From: an uncultured Myxococcales bacterium
GTDB lineage: Bacteria; Myxococcota_A; Polyangia; Polyangiales; Houyiibacteriaceae
DNA: 55,519 nucleotides
Assembly (NCBI GenBank): GCA_937893795.1
Contig: CALCTH010000562.1
Span: forward strand, 1-55,519
Reading direction: 5' to 3'
Shown: piece after piece, positions 53,436-55,519 of the stretch
Position numbering within the stretch: the stretch's first letter is position 1
Layout of the letters: each line of letters begins with the position of its first letter
Position numbers and translations under genes: made by a program
Notes under the pieces: generated by a model
Databases searched by the model: none
What the model saw: only the letters and a program-made list of their open reading frames with translations
What the model was told of the DNA's origin: nothing

Positions 53436-54140
53436 TCACCCGCAGCGGCCGGCGGTGCACGTGCGTCCAGCGCCGCAATGCGCATTGGTGACGCACTCGA
53501 CGCACATGCCGCGGCTGCAGCGGCCGGTGGCGCACGCCCCTTCGGGGCAGGGCTGACCGACGGTCGCCGTCGTGTCGTTGCAGGCGCCCTCGAAGCAATG
53601 GCGACCCGGGCCGCAGTGCGCGCTGGTGACGCACTCGACGCACATGCCGCGGCTGCAGCGGCCGGTCGCGCAGGCGCCCTCGGGGCAGGGCTGACCGACG
53701 GTCGCCGTCGTGTCGTTGCAGGCGCCCTCGAAGCAGTGGCGACCCGGGCCGCAGTGCGCGCTCGTGACGCACTCGACGCACGTGCCCTGGCTGCAGCGGC
53801 CGGCGGCGCAGGCGCCCTGCGGACACGGCTGGCCGATCGCGGCCGTGGTCTGATAGCAGGCAGCCTCGAAGCAGTGCCGGCCTTGGCCGCAATGCGCGTT
53901 CGTGACGCAGGCGACGCACATGCCGTTCGAGCAGCGGCCGCCCTTGCATTCGCGGGCGTCGGCGCAGCCTTCGCTGGCGTCGCGCTGGTCCTTGCAACTC
54001 CCCTCGTCGCAGTACTTCAGGTCGCCACAGCCGGAACCACAGCCGACGCCGCTCGCGTTGGCGGCCGGGACCTCGCTCGTCGTCGTCGGGCCGCAGCCGA
54101 GAGCGAGGGCGAAAAGGGCGACGAAGCGAAGCGCGTTCAT
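53436..54140 (-). CDS. Small Cys-rich tandem-repeat lipoprotein
   Basis: MNALRFVALFALALGC lipobox and 46-aa units with 8 Cys each. Confidence 0.85.
   Translation of the reverse strand: MNALRFVALFALALGCGPTTTSEVPAANASGVGCGSGCGDLKYCDEGSCKDQRDASEGCADARECKGGRCSNGMCVACVTNAHCGQGRHCFEAACYQTTAAIGQPCPQGACAAGRCSQGTCVECVTSAHCGPGRHCFEGACNDTTATVGQPCPEGACATGRCSRGMCVECVTSAHCGPGRHCFEGACNDTTATVGQPCPEGACATGRCSRGMCVECVTNAHCGAGRTCTAGRCG
53470..53935 (-). repeat. 138-bp tandem repeat, about 3.4 copies
   Basis: GTGACGCACTCGACGCAC recurs at about 53488, 53626 and 53764. Confidence 0.9.
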
Positions 54141-54157
54141 GCGCGGAGGGGTACCAC

Positions 54158-54480
54158 CTCTCGGCTTGGAAGCGCGAACGGCTGCCCGAGCCGTGGGATA
54201 CGCGGCCCATCGACGTCCGGCCCGACGGGGTCTGCGAACTCCTGTCTCCGTCGACCCAGCGCCACGATCGCCTGACGAAGGCGAAGCTCTACCCGCGAGG
54301 CGAGCCTTCCCGCGATGTGGCTGATCGACCCGGAGGCGCGCGTGCTGGAGGCCTTCGCGCTGGAGCGGGCCGGTGGGTCGAGGTCGGCCGCTGTGGCGAC
54401 GAAGACGCCGCTCGCATTCCTCCGTTCGAAGCGATCGAGCTCGAGGTCGGGCGCCTCGTTCCGCCGGAGCGAGCGAGCCG
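54158..54480 (+). pseudogene. Uma2 (DUF820) family endonuclease remnant, 5'-truncated and frameshifted
   Basis: AWKRERLPEP...PDGVCELLSPSTQRHDRLTKAKLY, then after a shift WLIDPEARVLEAFALE, then after another shift GRWVEVG..GDEDAARIPPFEAIELEVGRL. Confidence 0.85.
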
Positions 54481-54648
54481 TGCGCGGCGTCGACGCGCCT
54501 TGGCGAAGGGTCGCGCTTCGGCGTCTAGGTCGCTCCTTCTCTCCTCGGGGTCGGCGCGCCCGACGGACGACGCCCCCACCCCGCCGGCGTGATCGGGCCG
54601 ACGGGGCAGGGGCGAGCCCAAACAAAAAGGAGGGACTGACCAGGCGTG

Positions 54649-55374
54649 TCAGGCGTCGATCACCTCCTCTCGGTTGGGAGCCTCGGCGCCGTTGGCGGGC
54701 GCCGGTGTGGGCTCTTCGCGCGGTGCGGGTCGGCCGGTGCGTCGGAAGCCCATGAGGCGGAGGAGGCGCTTGTCGCTGATCACCGCGCGGGCGATGGCCG
54801 ACCACTGGAGGTACCAGCGCCACACGGCTTCTTCGGCCGCCTCGAGGCGCTCGCGGTCGACGGCGGGGGCGGCTTCGGCGGGCTCGGCGACCATGCGGAG
54901 CTTGGTCACGAGCGCGTCAGCGAAGGCGAGCTCTTCGTCGTCCAGGCCGCGCTCCATGAGGAGCGCGCGGGCGGCGCCACCATCGTCGCCGACCGCCGGG
55001 TCGGTCTCGAGCGCGCGGACGCGCGCGATGAACTTCTGCACGCTGAAGACGACCTGGGAGCCGCTGGTCTGCCGGAGGTTCTGGAAGACGTAGGCCTCGA
55101 CCGCGGGGTAGGCGTACTGCAGCGTCGCCCGCGCGATGGGGAACCAGCGGTTCTCCCACCGGTCGAGGCGCACGAGCTCTTCCGGGCTCGCGACGCGAGG
55201 CACGGCCCGGTCGAGGCGCCCGTCGGAGAGCGCGCGGAGGCGGTTCCACCCTTCGTCCGCATCGCGCTCCGTGAACCCGTGCTGCACGAGCGCGCGGCTC
55301 ACGTGGGCGTTGCTCATGCTCAGGAGGAACTTGAGCACCCGGTCGGCTTTGTCGCCGACGCTCAATCTGGCCAC
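54649..55374 (-). CDS. Conserved-looking all-helical hypothetical protein
   Basis: Strong GC3 bias; GFTERDADEGW, LDRWENRWF..ARATL...YP, YVFQNL...G, WYLQWSAIAR..I.DKRLLRLMG. GTG start at 55374 inferred. Confidence 0.75.
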   Translation of the reverse strand: MARLSVGDKADRVLKFLLSMSNAHVSRALVQHGFTERDADEGWNRLRALSDGRLDRAVPRVASPEELVRLDRWENRWFPIARATLQYAYPAVEAYVFQNLRQTSGSQVVFSVQKFIARVRALETDPAVGDDGGAARALLMERGLDDEELAFADALVTKLRMVAEPAEAAPAVDRERLEAAEEAVWRWYLQWSAIARAVISDKRLLRLMGFRRTGRPAPREEPTPAPANGAEAPNREEVIDA

Positions 55375-55519
55375 TTTCACTTCTTCTCTTTCCGACCTCC
55401 CATCAGCGGGGGTCGGGGGCGTGTCTCGGGGGTCGCGGCTCGCAGTTGCGCGGTCCGGAGAAAAAAAACCCGGGTGCAGAACCCCCCGCCCCTCGTCGCG
55501 CGACGCCACTCGACTATCC

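Noticed and set aside
53470-53935. Possible CRISPR array or multihaem cytochrome
   Set aside because: Units are 138-bp in-frame coding repeats with no unique spacers and no cas genes; the motif is CxxCxxxxHC, not CxxCH.

Overview
A very GC-rich bacterial chromosomal window, most consistent with a Myxococcota genome (Polyangiales/Sandaracinaceae-like). The evidence is MYXO-CTERM-type C-termini, Myxococcus Cys-rich (DUF4215) repeats and many lipoproteins with DAG/DMG linkers. It holds about 38 apparently intact CDSs and about 5 decayed genes. I saw no rRNA, tRNA, CRISPR array, integrase or transposase. Content: cell-surface and lipoproteins (about 15), signalling (two hybrid kinases, a HisKA_3/NarL pair, a TIGR02999-type ECF sigma factor coupled to a polytopic Ser/Thr kinase, an MmyB-like regulator) and enzymes (L,D-transpeptidase, trans-sulfuration PLP enzyme, large NAD-GDH, atypical PlsC, GST, GNAT, GH26 beta-1,3-xylanase-like, lipid-anchored haloalkane dehalogenase fusion, PI-PLC). 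Most notable: (1) a surface protein whose N-terminal domain resembles the mollusc pheromone temptin but carries a CxxCH haem motif; (2) a 44-54 kb block (xylanase, MAPEG, exported dehalogenase, TCS with a likely operator driving a PI-PLC) that could target algae or other eukaryotes; (3) a recurrent D-x-G linker beside the membrane anchor of 11 exported proteins; (4) a repeated -10-box/no-SD signature of leaderless transcripts; (5) a PlsC with both conserved acidic residues changed to amides. All family assignments are by eye from motifs; no database search was run.
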